From: Octopus vulgaris
Lineage: Eukaryota
Length of the DNA: 64,000 nucleotides
Direction of reading: 5' to 3'
NCBI GenBank assembly: GCA_951406725.2
Contig: OX597831.1
Span: 40,300,001-40,364,000, forward strand
The translations under genes and the position numbers were made by a program. Each line of letters opens with the position of its first letter. Positions within the stretch are counted from its first letter, which is position 1. Below, piece by piece: positions 42,170 to 54,999 of this stretch. A model generated the notes under the pieces. It was not told where the DNA came from, did no database searches, and saw nothing but the letters and a program-made list of their open reading frames with translations.

Positions 42170-43021
42170 TATAGATATTCATATGTATGCATACAAGCAT
42201 GTATATATAAACGTATATGTATGTCTATGCGCATAAATATATATACTTACACACAGATACACACACATACGCATATATATTTCATTTTATGATTAGTAAA
42301 TTTCGAATTTTAAAAGTTCTCTTCACTTTCACAATATCGTTTCTGTTTTTTTTTTTATTTCATCAAAACCTATTGTGAAACTAACATAGCGTACATGCAG
42401 AGAAGCACGTTCACGCGCGCATACGCGTACTCATTGTCACACGACTAGTCATATTCGCATCCTCTATCGTTACCATCTTCATCCTCATCATCATCATCAC
42501 GGTCATCATCATCATCATCATCATCAACAACAATTTGAATCAGAGCTTGCCATACTTAAGGAAGTTTCAGCCTCCTATTCCGAAACAAATTTAACTCATG
42601 TAGTCCGTTCTTCTTTTCGCTTAATTATAAATTAAAACCAGTATGTATGTATGTATGTATGTATGTATGTATGTATGTATGTATGTATGTATGTATGTAT
42701 GTATGTATGTATGTGTGTGTGCATGTATGTATGTATGTATGTATGCATGTATGTATGTATGTATGTATGGATGGATGGATGGATGGATGGATGAATGGGT
42801 GGATAGATGTGTGTGTGTATATGCGAATATATAGATGCATATATATATATATATATATATCAAATATATGTATAAATATATAGGTGTGTATGTATAGAAA
42901 TAATTAAGATTCAGTTGAATTAGGTACTTAAATTGAGGCACCAAAGTAAGGTGAATAAAAAGCAAATAAGTAACAAGGATTTCCAGGTATTATTGCGTTA
43001 CGATCGTTTCAGGCGGCGCCG

Positions 43022-45125
43022 TTTAATCAATAGATTATAAGAAAGCTTATAACAGGATTCCACACTCATGTATAAGTGAATGTTTGAGTATGTTCAGTAT
43101 AGCAGATAACATTTAAAAAAATAAATAAATGCGCCCTTTTCAAGCCTAGCCAGGCTCATGGACCCGGTTTCCCGGTTTCTATGGCGTATGTGTTCCCCAG
43201 CTGGACGGGACGCCAGTCCATCGCAGCGTTACTTATTTTTGCCAGCTGATTGGACTGGAGCAACGTGAAATGAAGTGTTTTGCTCAAGAATACAACGCGT
43301 CGCCCGGTCCAGGAATCGAAACTACAATCTTAGGATCATGGTGCTGACACCCTAACCACTAAGCCACGCGCCTCCACATAGCAGATAACATAGGAAAATT
43401 AAATAGCTCTAGCATGAAGAAATGGGAAGTAGATCTCTACTCAGGTGACACACTCTTGGGGAAAGTTAATATCAAAAGAGGAATTTGCCAGAAGGATTCG
43501 CTGTCCCTTTTAATATTTGTTCTGTTCGATCCCCTTCAGTTTAGTATTAAGGAACCCAAAGGCAGGGTATCACTTCAGAAATGGTAAAGGAAAAATTAAC
43601 CATTTGCTCTATATGGATGATCTGAAGCTTTTTAGTAAGAATGAAAAAGAGATAGATTCCTTATTACAGACTGCAAGTCTCTTCAGCAGAGATAAAGGCA
43701 TGGAATTTGTCATAGATAAATGTACAATATTAGTCATGAGAAGAGGACAGGTAGTCGACAGCGAATGCATCCAATTACCACATGACCAGACATTAAAATC
43801 ATTGAAAGGAGGAGAGAGTTATAAGTATCTAGGAGTATCAGAATCTGACAGAATTCTAACTATAGAAATGAAAACGGAAATTGAGGAGTACATCAGAAGG
43901 GTGAGGAAGCTAAAGAAGTCAAAGCTAAATGGTCCCAAACTAGTGAAGTCTGTAAATACCTGGGCAGTATCGTTACTTAGATACTCGGCAGCTTTTGTAG
44001 ATTGGACAAAAACTAAATTAGCAAAGCTAGGCAGAAGAACTAGGAAGGAATTCAATATGTATGGAGGACTCCACCCAAGGACAGGAGCAGCAAGATTAGA
44101 CCTACCTAGAAAGGAAGGTGGAGGAGGATTAATATCAGTGGAAGGCTGCGTGGAGTTAGCTAGAGTAGATATAAACTCCTATGTAGGTAATAGTGAAGAA
44201 AGTTTGTTAAAAGCTGCTAGAGTCACAGCAGGATATAGGGAAACCAAAATACCAAACGAACTTAAAAACCAGAAAAAAACAAAAGAAATTATCTGACTGG
44301 ATGGAGAAGGCGTTGCATGGTAGATTCCCAAAGATAGAGTCAGCAAATGGTAATAGTGAGACATGATTATGGCTGCAGAAGGGAAAGCTGAAGGGGGAGA
44401 CAGAAAGTTTGTTAGTAGCTGCACAAGATCAAGCATTAAGGACTAATTGGATTAAAAGCCAAAATACACAAAAAACCAAGTAGATTCCCAATGTAAATTA
44501 TTCAAATCAAAAGAGGAAAGCGTTACTCATATAGTAAGTGAATGTAACATGCTGACACAGAAAGAATACAAGAAAAGACATGACAATCTAGGGAGAGTAA
44601 TTCACTGGGAGCTTTGTAGAAAGCTAGGATTTCAACATATTGATATATGGTATGAACATGAACCTTATAAAGTACTAGAAAGTAAGAAGTACAAGATATT
44701 GTGAGACTTCAACATTCAGAATAATAGAAGTTAGAAGGCCTGATTTACTGGGTAGTAGATAAAGAAAATAGAAATGCCAGATAATTGACTTTACAGTCCC
44801 AAACGATGAAAAATTTAATATGAGAAGTATAGAAAAAATAGCAAAGTACTAGAACCTAGCCGTTGAATTACAGAGACTATGGAAAGTGCAGTTAAACATA
44901 TCCCAGTAGTTATAGGTGCATTAGGAACTATCGCCAAAGATCTGAACAGATGGATAGAGGAAATGGGCATAAAACCCAGTTTAGTACAGCTCCAGGATAT
45001 TTAGGAGAGGTTTTGGCATCTAAGGTTACTAACAGTAACCCGATAGGTGGGTTCTTAGCATCTAAGGCAACTTGTTGTAGCCCGATGTCAGAATTCTTTT
45101 CTTTTCCAACAGTCTAATCTGTTGA
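43022..45125 (+). mobile_element. 5'-truncated Dong/R4-clade LINE ending next to (AAT)n
   Basis: IDYKKAYNRIPHS, INHLLYMDDLKLF, YKYLG, VNTWAVSLLRYSA, LPRKEGGGGLISVE, CKLFKSKEESVTHIVSEC, RRPDL. Confidence 0.92.
43113..43377 (-). mobile_element. tRNA-derived SINE (group C tail) inserted in the LINE with a perfect 14-bp TSD
   Basis: ATAGCAGATAACAT at 43099-43112 and 43378-43391. Confidence 0.93.
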
Positions 45126-45133
45126 GTGTATAT

Positions 45134-45156
45134 GAATAATAATAATAATAATGATG

Positions 45157-45229
<73 letters not shown>

Positions 45230-45274
45230 TAATAATAATAATAGTAATATTATTATTATTATTATTATTATTAT

Positions 45275-45372
<98 letters not shown>

Positions 45373-45373
45373 A
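45134..45373. repeat. (AAT)n/(ATT)n/(TAG)n microsatellite
   Basis: Direct inspection. Confidence 0.95.
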
Positions 45374-45865
45374 TAAATGCCCTGATGCAGTACCAGGCAG
45401 TGGCTCTCATGGCTTTTGATCTTAACTGATGGGAAGTGTTATCATGTACATTGTTTTGTCTTGGTATAAAAAGTGGGCTACAGCAAATATTCTGCTCAAT
45501 ACCACAGATTTGCTTGTCAGTTGTTTGATCATAATCAGTTGATCGTGTCCCTTAGTGGCTGACGATATGTGCATCTCTGATCACGAGCAGAAGTAGTGGG
45601 GGAGCATCATAGCAATGTGTTGAGAGGGATCCTTTGGAGTTTAGATTATTCACCCTTGGAAACATGGGTGCTTTGTTCACCATCCTTAAACAACCCTTAT
45701 TCAGGAACCTTTTGAGCGGGATAGGCTACTCGACCTGAAGAACATTCTAACTGAGCCCCACTTGCAAAGTCATGCGCTGTTAATCTTGATACAAGATGAC
45801 CACGTCGTGCAGATATGGTTGTAATGCATGTGCCTGGCGTACCCTTATCGGGCTGGTAGTCATGT
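45374..45865. mobile_element. Unclassified ~550-bp interspersed repeat (truncated copy)
   Basis: Collinear with 53135-53690. Confidence 0.85.
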
Positions 45866-46286
45866 TAATCCAATCCACCCAGCTGCAGAAATGAGTTTAG
45901 CCTGGAGAGAGATGCGCTCTGCTAGGCTTCCTTGCCCTAGATAGGCTGCATGGCTGCAGTGCCCCAACGACCCTAAGGGGTTAAAGGACTTGTCAATTGT
46001 CAACCTTGTGTAAAAAGGACAGGAAAGACTGGTCACCTACTCTTCGTGGTCTGAACCCACGTGGTTCATTGGTTGCCCCTAAGGTCTGTGAGATTCCTTG
46101 ATTGGTCCTATACGACAATTACATCTTAACAGGAGACTTTTATGCTGTTGTTATCTTATTGTTATTTGTAGTTATTTTTTACTTTCTTGTAAAACACCAG
46201 TTTCGAATCCTGATCTTTGTGTCTCCCTCATTCAACATCTTGGGCCCTTTTGGTCAATAAAGAAATAACAACTATTCATAGTTATC

Positions 46287-46287
<1 letters not shown>

Positions 46288-46333
<46 letters not shown>

Positions 46334-46472
46334 ATGGTGTTGGGGTGATGGTGACGGTGGTAATGATGTGGTGGTGGTAGTAGAAGTTGAAGAAAAAAAC
46401 AAGAATGAAGTAGAAGACTGAAGAAGAAGAAGGGGAGGAGGGGAGGAGGAGGAGGAGAAGAAGAAGAAGAAG

Positions 46473-46504
<32 letters not shown>

Positions 46505-46909
46505 GAAGAATGAAGAAGGAGGAGGAAGAGGAGAAGGAAAAGAAGAATGAAGAAGTAGGTAAAGAAGAATGAAGAAGGAAAGGAAGAATGAAGAAGTAGA
46601 GAAATGAAGAAGAAGAAGAAGAAGAAGAAGTAGAAGAATGAAGAAGAAGGAGGAGGAAGAGGAGAAGGAAAAGAAGAATGAAGAAATAGGAAAAGAAGAA
46701 TGAAGAAGGAAAGGAAGAATGAAGAAGTAGAGGAATGAAGAAAAAGAAGAAGAAGAAGAAGAAGAAGAAGAAGAAGAAGAAGAAGAAGACGGAGGAGGAG
46801 GAGGAGGAGGAGGAGGAGAAGGAAGAAGGAGAGGGAGGAGGAGGAAGAATGAAGAAGAAGAAGAAGAAGAAGAAGAAGAAGAAGAAGAAGAAGAAGAAGA
46901 AGAAGAAGA
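46288..46909. repeat. (TAG)n/(GAA)n/(GAG)n low-complexity tract
   Basis: Direct inspection. Confidence 0.95.
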
Positions 46910-47498
46910 GTTGGTTCTCAGAAATGAATTTTAAGCAACAGAAAATATCAAATTATCGAAAATTCAAATTTTTAAAATATTTCACAAACAAAATAAAAAA
47001 AAAATCAATCAAAAATATATTTCATTAAAAAAAGATATTTTTGTTGCTATGTCATTTGCTGGAAAGACTTTGTCTATTATTCGAGTGGTTTTCTTGACAT
47101 TTTTTTTAGTGTGTAGGGGGGGGGGCGTTGAGTGGGGGGGCGGGCGTTGAGTGGGTGGGTGGGGGCGTTGGTGCGTGAGGGGAGGGGGAGTGAGGCACAT
47201 TTACGAATAAATCAACGCAAGACGTTACGCTATGACACTGACGCTTCTTAAATATGTACAAACTTACACGAAGAAACACACGCGCACACACATACAGACA
47301 AAAACATACTCACACACACGCACATAAACACACACACACACACATATATATATATATGCATACATACATGCTCATATATGTATATTTGTTTTCTTTTTAT
47401 GGGAATTTGTATGATTAAATAATTCCATATTAAACTGTATAAATTTTCATACATACGTACGTACAGACATGCATACATACACGCGCGCGTGCACACAT

Positions 47499-47531
<33 letters not shown>

Positions 47532-47762
47532 CATGCATACACACACATATATATATATATACACACACATACAAACACGCACACATGCACACGCATATAT
47601 ATATGAATATATATATACATATATATATGCACACATATATATATACGAATATGCATAAATATATATATATATATATATATCCATATATATATATATATAC
47701 ATATATATATCCATATATATATATATATATATATACATTTACATATACATATACATATACAT

Positions 47763-47797
<35 letters not shown>

Positions 47798-47812
47798 TAT
47801 ATACGGATATGC

Positions 47813-47850
<38 letters not shown>

Positions 47851-48208
47851 ACATATAGATATACATATATATATATATATATATCTTTATACATACATAC
47901 ATATATATATATATACATATACACACACACAACGTATTCTAACATATACCTACAAACTGACACATACAAGCGCTTAGAGAGAAACACTCACACCGACTTG
48001 CACAAATGTACGCATTCTATTTGTAAATTTTTGTGGAGGTGAATAGGTTGGGTGGGGGAGGGACAACTTTTCTGCTGCTGCTGCTGCTACTGCTGCTACT
48101 GCTCCTGCTGCTGCTACCGCTGCCGTTGAAGTGATTTCTGTATGGAAATCTTTCAAAAGAAATCCAACTTCGTCACGTGCTCTACTTTTTGAAAATTACT
48201 TATCACAC

Positions 48209-48266
<58 letters not shown>

Positions 48267-48359
48267 CACACACACGCGCGCAAAATATTGTATTAGCTGT
48301 GAAATCCTACCTAAAGCCATGTTGTTTTTTGTTTATATTTTTGTTTCCACTTTAATACA

Positions 48360-48427
<68 letters not shown>

Positions 48428-48507
48428 GACTAATAACAATAAGGACAAAAAATATAACAGATACTATCAATTTTTGAAGTTATATGCCTGTTTCGCACGT
48501 TTTGTTT

Positions 48508-48555
<48 letters not shown>

Positions 48556-48761
48556 GAACGAGTGTATGGTATGTATGTATGCGCGTGAATGTTATTGTGT
48601 GAAACTTAAAAATACGTAACAAAATCGCTTCCATTTTCTAGATACCTACCGCCCTCTCAGTATATGCATGTATGTATGTATACACACGCACATATATTTA
48701 TACACATCTATACATATATCTATATATAAGTGTGTATATATATATATATAAAAATATATAA

Positions 48762-48807
<46 letters not shown>

Positions 48808-48843
48808 GTATGTATATATATATATATACATACATATATATAC

Positions 48844-48879
<36 letters not shown>

Positions 48880-49339
48880 ACTTATATATAGATATATGTA
48901 TAGATGTGTATAAATATATATATATACATACATACATACATATATCCAAACATACATGTGCATCTATGCATATATTTATATGCATACATACATGCATACA
49001 TATACACACATACATCACGCTTATATATATATACATATATATATACATATATATACATTATATAATTAGGGCTTAGTAAAATAAATTACTTTGCCACATA
49101 CTGAACTTGCTAGAAATAGCAGCCAAAAAAGTTTTTTTTGCCATTTCTGCCTCGGTTCTCACCGTTAAAATATAATGTTTGCTAGATAACCCACGTGAGT
49201 GGAAGGGGAGAGCAGTGAACCTTCGCTTGCACATTTTGAATTTGTTGGTACTGGCAGTCTGAACGGGTCTTCTGAGGTGATAAGTCGCCAAAGGGTATGT
49301 TCTTTCTTTTTAGTGCTTCCAAATCCAAAATAAGAAATG

Positions 49340-49400
49340 TTGAGCTGACGAAAGAAATGCTGAGTTTATTTGGCTAATCTAGAAACGTTAACGTTCTCAA
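49340..49400 (+). ncRNA. Type I hammerhead ribozyme
   Basis: TTGAG CTGACGA a AGA aat GCTGAG ttta TTTGGC taa TCT a GAAAC GTTAAC GTT CTCAA. Confidence 0.85.
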
Positions 49401-49904
49401 ATAATCTTTGTACTTGTGATATTTTTTCTGTTTTTACCTCCACACCTTCGTGAGTTATTTTGAGTAAACATTATCTGAGAGAAATTTTCTTTAAGTAGTA
49501 GAAATGGCAAAAAAACTTTTTTGGCGGCTATTTCTAGTAAGTTCAGTATGTGGCAAAGTAATTTATTTTACTAAGCCCTAATTATATAATGTAATATTTT
49601 GAATTCGCCTTAAATGGTCCTTTTACATATTGAATACTTGGTGAAATTGATTAATAACTAATTAATTTTACCCTCAATTGTTGATATTATAATTCATTTC
49701 TCTCTGTCATATTGCCTCGGTTCTCACCGTTAAAATATAATATTTGCTAGATAACCCACGTGGGTGGAAGGGGAGAGCAGTGAACCTTCGCTTGCACATT
49801 TTGAATTTGTTGGTACTGGCAGTCTGAACGGGTCTTCTGAGGTGATAAGTCGCCAAAGGGTATGTTCTTTCTTTTTAGTGCTTCCAAATCCAAAATAAGA
49901 AATG

Positions 49905-49965
49905 TTGAGCTGACGAAAGAAATGCTGAGTTTATTTGGCTAATCTAGAAACGTTAACGTTCTCAA
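49905..49965 (+). ncRNA. Type I hammerhead ribozyme
   Basis: Same sequence as 49340-49400, 565 nt downstream. Confidence 0.85.
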
Positions 49966-50247
49966 ATAATCTTTGTACTTGTGATATTTTTCTGTTTTTA
50001 CCTCCACACCTTCGTGAGTTAGTTTGAGTAAACATTATCTGAGAGAAATTTTCTTTAAGTAGTAGAAATGGCAAAAAAACTTTTTTGGCTGCTATTTCTA
50101 GCAAGTTCAGTATGTGGCAAAGTAATTTATTTTACTAAGCCCTAATTATATAATGTAATATTTTGAATTCGCCTTAAATGGTCCTTTTACATACTGAATA
50201 CTTGGTGAAATTGATTAATAACTAATTAATTTTACCCTCAATTGTTG

Positions 50248-50299
<52 letters not shown>

Positions 50300-50303
<4 letters not shown>

Positions 50304-50468
50304 TTTTCTTTTTATTCTTTTACTTGTTTCAGTCATTAAAATGCGCTGGCCATGCTGGAACACCGCTTCTAGTCGAAGGAATCGATCTCAGGACTTATTC
50401 CTTGTTAGCCCTAGTACTTATTCTATCGATATCTTTTGCCGAACCGCTAGGTTACGGTTACATAAACT
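50300..50468 (-). mobile_element. SINE group A, 3' fragment
   Basis: CTTTTACTTGTTTCAGTCAT...GCCGAACCGCTA. Confidence 0.8.
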
Positions 50469-50485
50469 CACCATTTCACTCGGTA

Positions 50486-50542
50486 ATACTTGCTGATGAA
50501 GGAAAGGTTTTCTGACAGAATCAGAAATCATGATACAAGTAT
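50486..50542 (+). ncRNA. Type I hammerhead ribozyme motif with weak stem II
   Basis: ATACTTG CTGATGA aggaaaggttttctgacagaatca GAAAT CATG ATA CAAGTAT: 7-bp stem I, ATCATGAT palindrome, AUA site. Confidence 0.72.
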
Positions 50543-50812
50543 ATCCAAACACCAAAATATATAGCATTGTGCTATACAGGTATGTTAATTATAAATGTAA
50601 TTAAGATTCCTTTAAATTAGGTACTAAATTGAGGCACCTTGTTAGGTCGGTATAATCTGCATATCCAAACAATATTAATTGTACATTGAATATCAAAACT
50701 CCGTGCAGGAGTATTTGCACCTGATATTCCTGCCGTGTGTACAGACAATGAACCCCATCTGAGTGACTTTCCTTGATAGTCTTGGTCTCACACAGCCTAT
50801 ATTTGTTGACTG

Positions 50813-51037
50813 TCGAGCTGGTAAAATCGTTAGCACGCCAGGAGAAATGCTTAGCGGTATTTCGTCTGCCGCTACGTTCTGAGTTCAAATTCCGCCGAGG
50901 TCGACTTTGCCTTTCATCCTTTCGGGGTCGATTAAATAAGTACCAGCTACGCACAGGGGTCGATGTAATCGACTTAATCCGTTTGTTTGTCTTTGTTTGT
51001 CCCCTCTATGTTTTGCCCCCTTTGGGCAATAAAGAAA
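50813..51037 (+). mobile_element. SINE group B
   Basis: Matches 54285-54433 and 40236-40450. Confidence 0.88.
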
Positions 51038-52275
51038 TATATATTTGCTGACTGCCAAAGTTTTTCTGTATGTATGTATGTATTCATTATGTATGTATGT
51101 ATGTATGTATGCCTGACCCTCCCCTCCCCCTCTCTCTTTACATATGAATATATATATATATGTTTGTCAGGTGAGTCTTAGTGCTAATGGTAACATGTAA
51201 CCCAGTAAAACCTGTCATCGTTAGCGACTTCACCGGTAACCCCACGAAGCCTAGTAGGTAAGGAGGATGGTTTTCGTCGGACACTCTGCAGGACGAAAAG
51301 CAAAACCCTGCTGCTGCTGCTGTTGTGGTGGTGGTGTCGGCAGTAGTGTTCGTTTCTTTTGCTGTGGCCAGAAGGCTTTGAAGTGATTTCTGTCCTAGCA
51401 CAGGTGACATCTCGGCCTTCAACCCTCTGCAGCCACGTAAAGCTTTGTACCCATCTAGTAAGGTTATGAAGTCCGTGATAGCCTCAATGCTTGGTTGATC
51501 CGCCTGTATTAACAACTGCACACCTTGTTCTAACCAGTTCAGCTTCTGTATCCCCTCTATCTGCAGAATAATAGTTTTCTCTTCTAGTAGATGTTGAGTT
51601 TTGGTGGTATATTTAATATTCTAATTTTGAACACCCTTCAGTCAAACTAAATGGAAATTAGGATGAGTTCGACATTAGGTTGATGTTGAGTGATTTTTAG
51701 CTTCCTTTTCTGAGGCGGACCTCACTTCGACAGTCACATATCCCCCACCTTAGATATATCAGCTCTACTCTTCTGAATTGGTCGCAAACATTTTTTTATC
51801 TGCTGGTGTTTTGTCTGCTCTTCTCTTCTACTTCTTGTTCCAATAAATTTGTATAAAACTGTCCGCAAATTAGTTTCATGCTGGACAGATCGAAGAACAT
51901 TCAGTGCCGCATTTCGCCCATATTTCTCCAGCATTTTATACTTTTAAATTCATTTTCATTTGTAAAAAATTTCTTTACCGAGTCGTCGCATCGCATCGGC
52001 GGAACCGCTGACAAGGCATTTGCATGGTTCATTTTTCTTATTCTTGTTTTTCTTTCATTAATAACTTTGCTGGTGGCATTGAAGGTGGATTTTCTGTTGT
52101 TACTAGCGGTAGTGGTGGAGGTGGCAGTGTACTCTCTGGTGTTGTTGCTTTTTGCTCTCATTGATCTCTTGTTGTTCCTGTGATGGTGATGATGGTACGG
52201 AAAGCAACGGAAAGTTACTTTCACGCATTTCACGGAGCTGTATTGTTTTTGTTGTTGTTTTTGCTGCTACTTCAT

Positions 52276-52435
52276 AGGCGCATGAGTGGCTGTGTGGTCA
52301 GTAGCCACATGGTTCCGGGTTCAATCCCACTGCGTGGAACCTTGGGCAAGTGTCTTCTACTATATCTTCGGGCTGACCAAAGTCTAGTGAGTGGATTTGG
52401 CAGACGGAAACTGAAAGAAGCCCGTCGTATATACG

Positions 52436-52472
<37 letters not shown>

Positions 52473-52682
52473 ATGTTTGTGTGTCTGTGTTTGTCCCACT
52501 CCAACATCACTTGACAACTGATGCTGGTGTGTTTACGTCCCCGTAACCTAGCGGTTCGACAAAAAAAACGATAGAATAAGTACTAGGCTTACAAAGTCCT
52601 GGGGTTGATTTCTTCGACTAAAGGTGGTGCTCCAGCATGGCCGCAATCAAATGACTGAAACAAGTAAAAGAGTAAAAGAGTA
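52276..52682 (+). mobile_element. SINE group A, full length
   Basis: Collinear with 31872-32301. Confidence 0.9.
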
Positions 52683-53054
52683 CTCTTGTTGTTGTTACTG
52701 CTGCTGATATTGTCACTGACTTTTACAATTAAGCTGTTTGGCTGTTCTTTTCAGCAGATGAACAACCCTCGTCCAACATCTTACTTTTTTTGAAGCAAAA
52801 ATTGACGGGTGTGCTAGGCTAAGCAATGCACAATTTAGTCCCTTTAGCTGACAGATGAAGAAAAATTAACCAGCTCCCTAAGTTCCTGGTTAGTTTATCA
52901 ATATAACTATAAGAAATATACAATATACAACTTAGCGTAACAAATTAAATAACAACAAAATTACGGGTGTGATGTGCAATACGTATCGATAGACGAACAA
53001 CAATAACAACGACGACGATGCCGACGACGATGAGGGTGATGATGATGATGAAGG

Positions 53055-53112
<58 letters not shown>

Positions 53113-53134
53113 AAATAATAGGAAAAAGGAATAG

Positions 53135-53690
53135 CCTGAAGCAGCACCATGCACTGGCCCTCATGGCTTTTGCTCTTAACTGATTGGAAGTGTTATCATG
53201 TACATTATTTTGTCTTGGTATAAAAGATGGGCTACAGCAAATATTCTGCTCAATTCCACTATATTTGCTTGTCAGTTGTTTGACCGTAACCAGTTGAGCG
53301 TGTCCCTTAGTGGCTGACGATATGTGCATCTCTGATCACGAGCAGAAGTAGTGGGGTAGCATCATAGCCATGTGTTGAGAGGAATTCTTTGGGGTTTGAA
53401 TAACTCACCTCTAGAAACATGGATGTTATGCTCAACATCCTTAAACAACCCTTATTCAGGGACCATTTGAGCGGGATGGGCTACTCGACCTGAAGAAAAT
53501 TCTAACAGGGCTCTGCCTGTAAGGTCATGTGCTGTTTATCTTGATATAAGATTACCATGTCGCGCACATATGGTTGTGATGCATGTGTCTGGCGTACTCT
53601 TATCAGACGGGGTGTCATGATGGGTATACTGGGCTTCGTATATTTGTACTCCAGTTCACTTTGATGACATTCGCTGCTCTCTCACCCAAT
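53135..53690. mobile_element. Unclassified ~550-bp interspersed repeat next to trinucleotide tracts
   Basis: Collinear with 45374-45865. Confidence 0.85.
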
Positions 53691-54284
53691 AATATTAATA
53701 ATACTAATTGTGGGTGATGTACGTAGAAGGTCAGAAATTTCGGGAGAGGATGGTTCGTTGATACTATTGCCACCAGTTATTGACTGATATTCTATTTTAT
53801 CAATTTCGAGAGGAAGAAAATCAAAAGCGACTCTGGGTGGGAATCGAACTCAGAACGTAAAGTACCAAAACAAATACCATCAAGCGTAATAATAAACCAA
53901 TATTATTTTCGTTCCTATATTTTAAATAAAATCTTTTTGTATAGATATACATAAAAAAACAACGAGACATAAAAATCAGTGAGTTCATTAAATTTCTATA
54001 CTTTTATTGTGTTTACAAAAACTAAACAAAAACTAAACAACAAACAACTAACACAAACAAGAAATAAGAAAATTATGTTTAAACACTATAAACTGCTATT
54101 AACTAGTTGACCTTTTAGCTGGGATAAATAAAATTGTAAACTGAAATACATTTTATATTGCTTTCATTCTGCGTATAAACATAAAATTGTCTTTAATATC
54201 CTAGCTATAAAATATGTTTTCTTTTTTGATATAGATGTATCAAAATTATGTGAACCTTTCAGCGGTTATAAAGTGAGGGATGGA

Positions 54285-54433
54285 AGGCGGCGAGCTGGCA
54301 GAAACGTTAGCACGCCGGGCGAAATGCGTAGCCGTATTTCGTCTGCCGTTACGCTGTGAGTTCAAATTCCGCCCAGGTCGACTTTGCCTTTCATCCTTTC
54401 GGGGTCGATTAAATAGATACCAGTCATGCACTG
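54285..54433 (+). mobile_element. SINE group B, 5' part
   Basis: AGGCGGCGAGCTGGCAGAAACGTTAGCACGCCGGGCGAAATGCG. Confidence 0.88.
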
Positions 54434-54463
54434 AAATGTTTCTAGGTTTGAGAGCATCACGAA

Positions 54464-54640
54464 AGGCTTGGTTGGAGGCCCAACCTACCGTGTTCTTTTA
54501 CAGGGCTTAGAAAAACTGAAAGGCCGCTGTAATAAGTGTGTGAATCTCAGAAGGGGAATATGTTAAATAAAATCATAATTAACTGATTCTCCTGTTTTTT
54601 CTTTTACGCAAAGCCATGAACTTTTCAGCCGGCCTCGTGC
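54464..54640 (+). mobile_element. 3' end of a mariner element (same family as 28000-28152)
   Basis: GGAGGCCCAAC...TTCTTTTACAGGGCTTAGAAAAACTGAA...right TIR. Confidence 0.8.
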
Positions 54641-54645
54641 ATATT

Positions 54646-54890
54646 GGCGCAGGCGTGGCTGTGTGGTAAGAAACTTGCTTCACAGCTACATGGTTCCCGG
54701 TTCAATCTCACTGCGTGGCACCGAGGGCAAGTGTCATTTACTATAGTCTCGGACCGACCAAAACCTTGTGAGGCGATTTGGTAGATGGAAACTGAAAGAA
54801 GCCCGTCGTATATGTGTGTGCGTGAATGTATGTGTGCGTGTTTGTGTGTGCATTTGTGTGTGTATGTGTGTGTGCGTTTTGTCCCCCACC
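54646..54890 (+). mobile_element. SINE group A, 5' part
   Basis: GGCGCAGGCGTGGCTGTGTGGTAAG head. Confidence 0.85.
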
Positions 54891-54999
54891 GCGTGGTTTT
54901 ATATCTGCATAGTGCGCAGTCACATGACAGAAATGGTAGAGAGGGATTACTGAAAGAAATTGTGTCACACAAACATAGAACACTTCTATGGAAAACAAG

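Larger units (their letters stand above)
49055..50248. mobile_element. 565-bp HHR-bearing unit, ~2 tandem copies preceded by a ~93-bp inverted fragment, (TA)n flanks
   Basis: TGCCTCGGTTCTCACCG at 49148 and 49713; 49055-49147 is the reverse complement of ~50065-50157. Confidence 0.92.

Noticed and set aside
45866-46270. Complex segment that might be a solo LTR
   Set aside because: Single copy here with no clear TG..CA ends or TSD.
49109-49120. GCTAGAAATAGC, identical to part of the Cas9 sgRNA scaffold
   Set aside because: 12-nt match within the repeat's own conserved motif; no other scaffold sequence, CRISPR array or cas gene.
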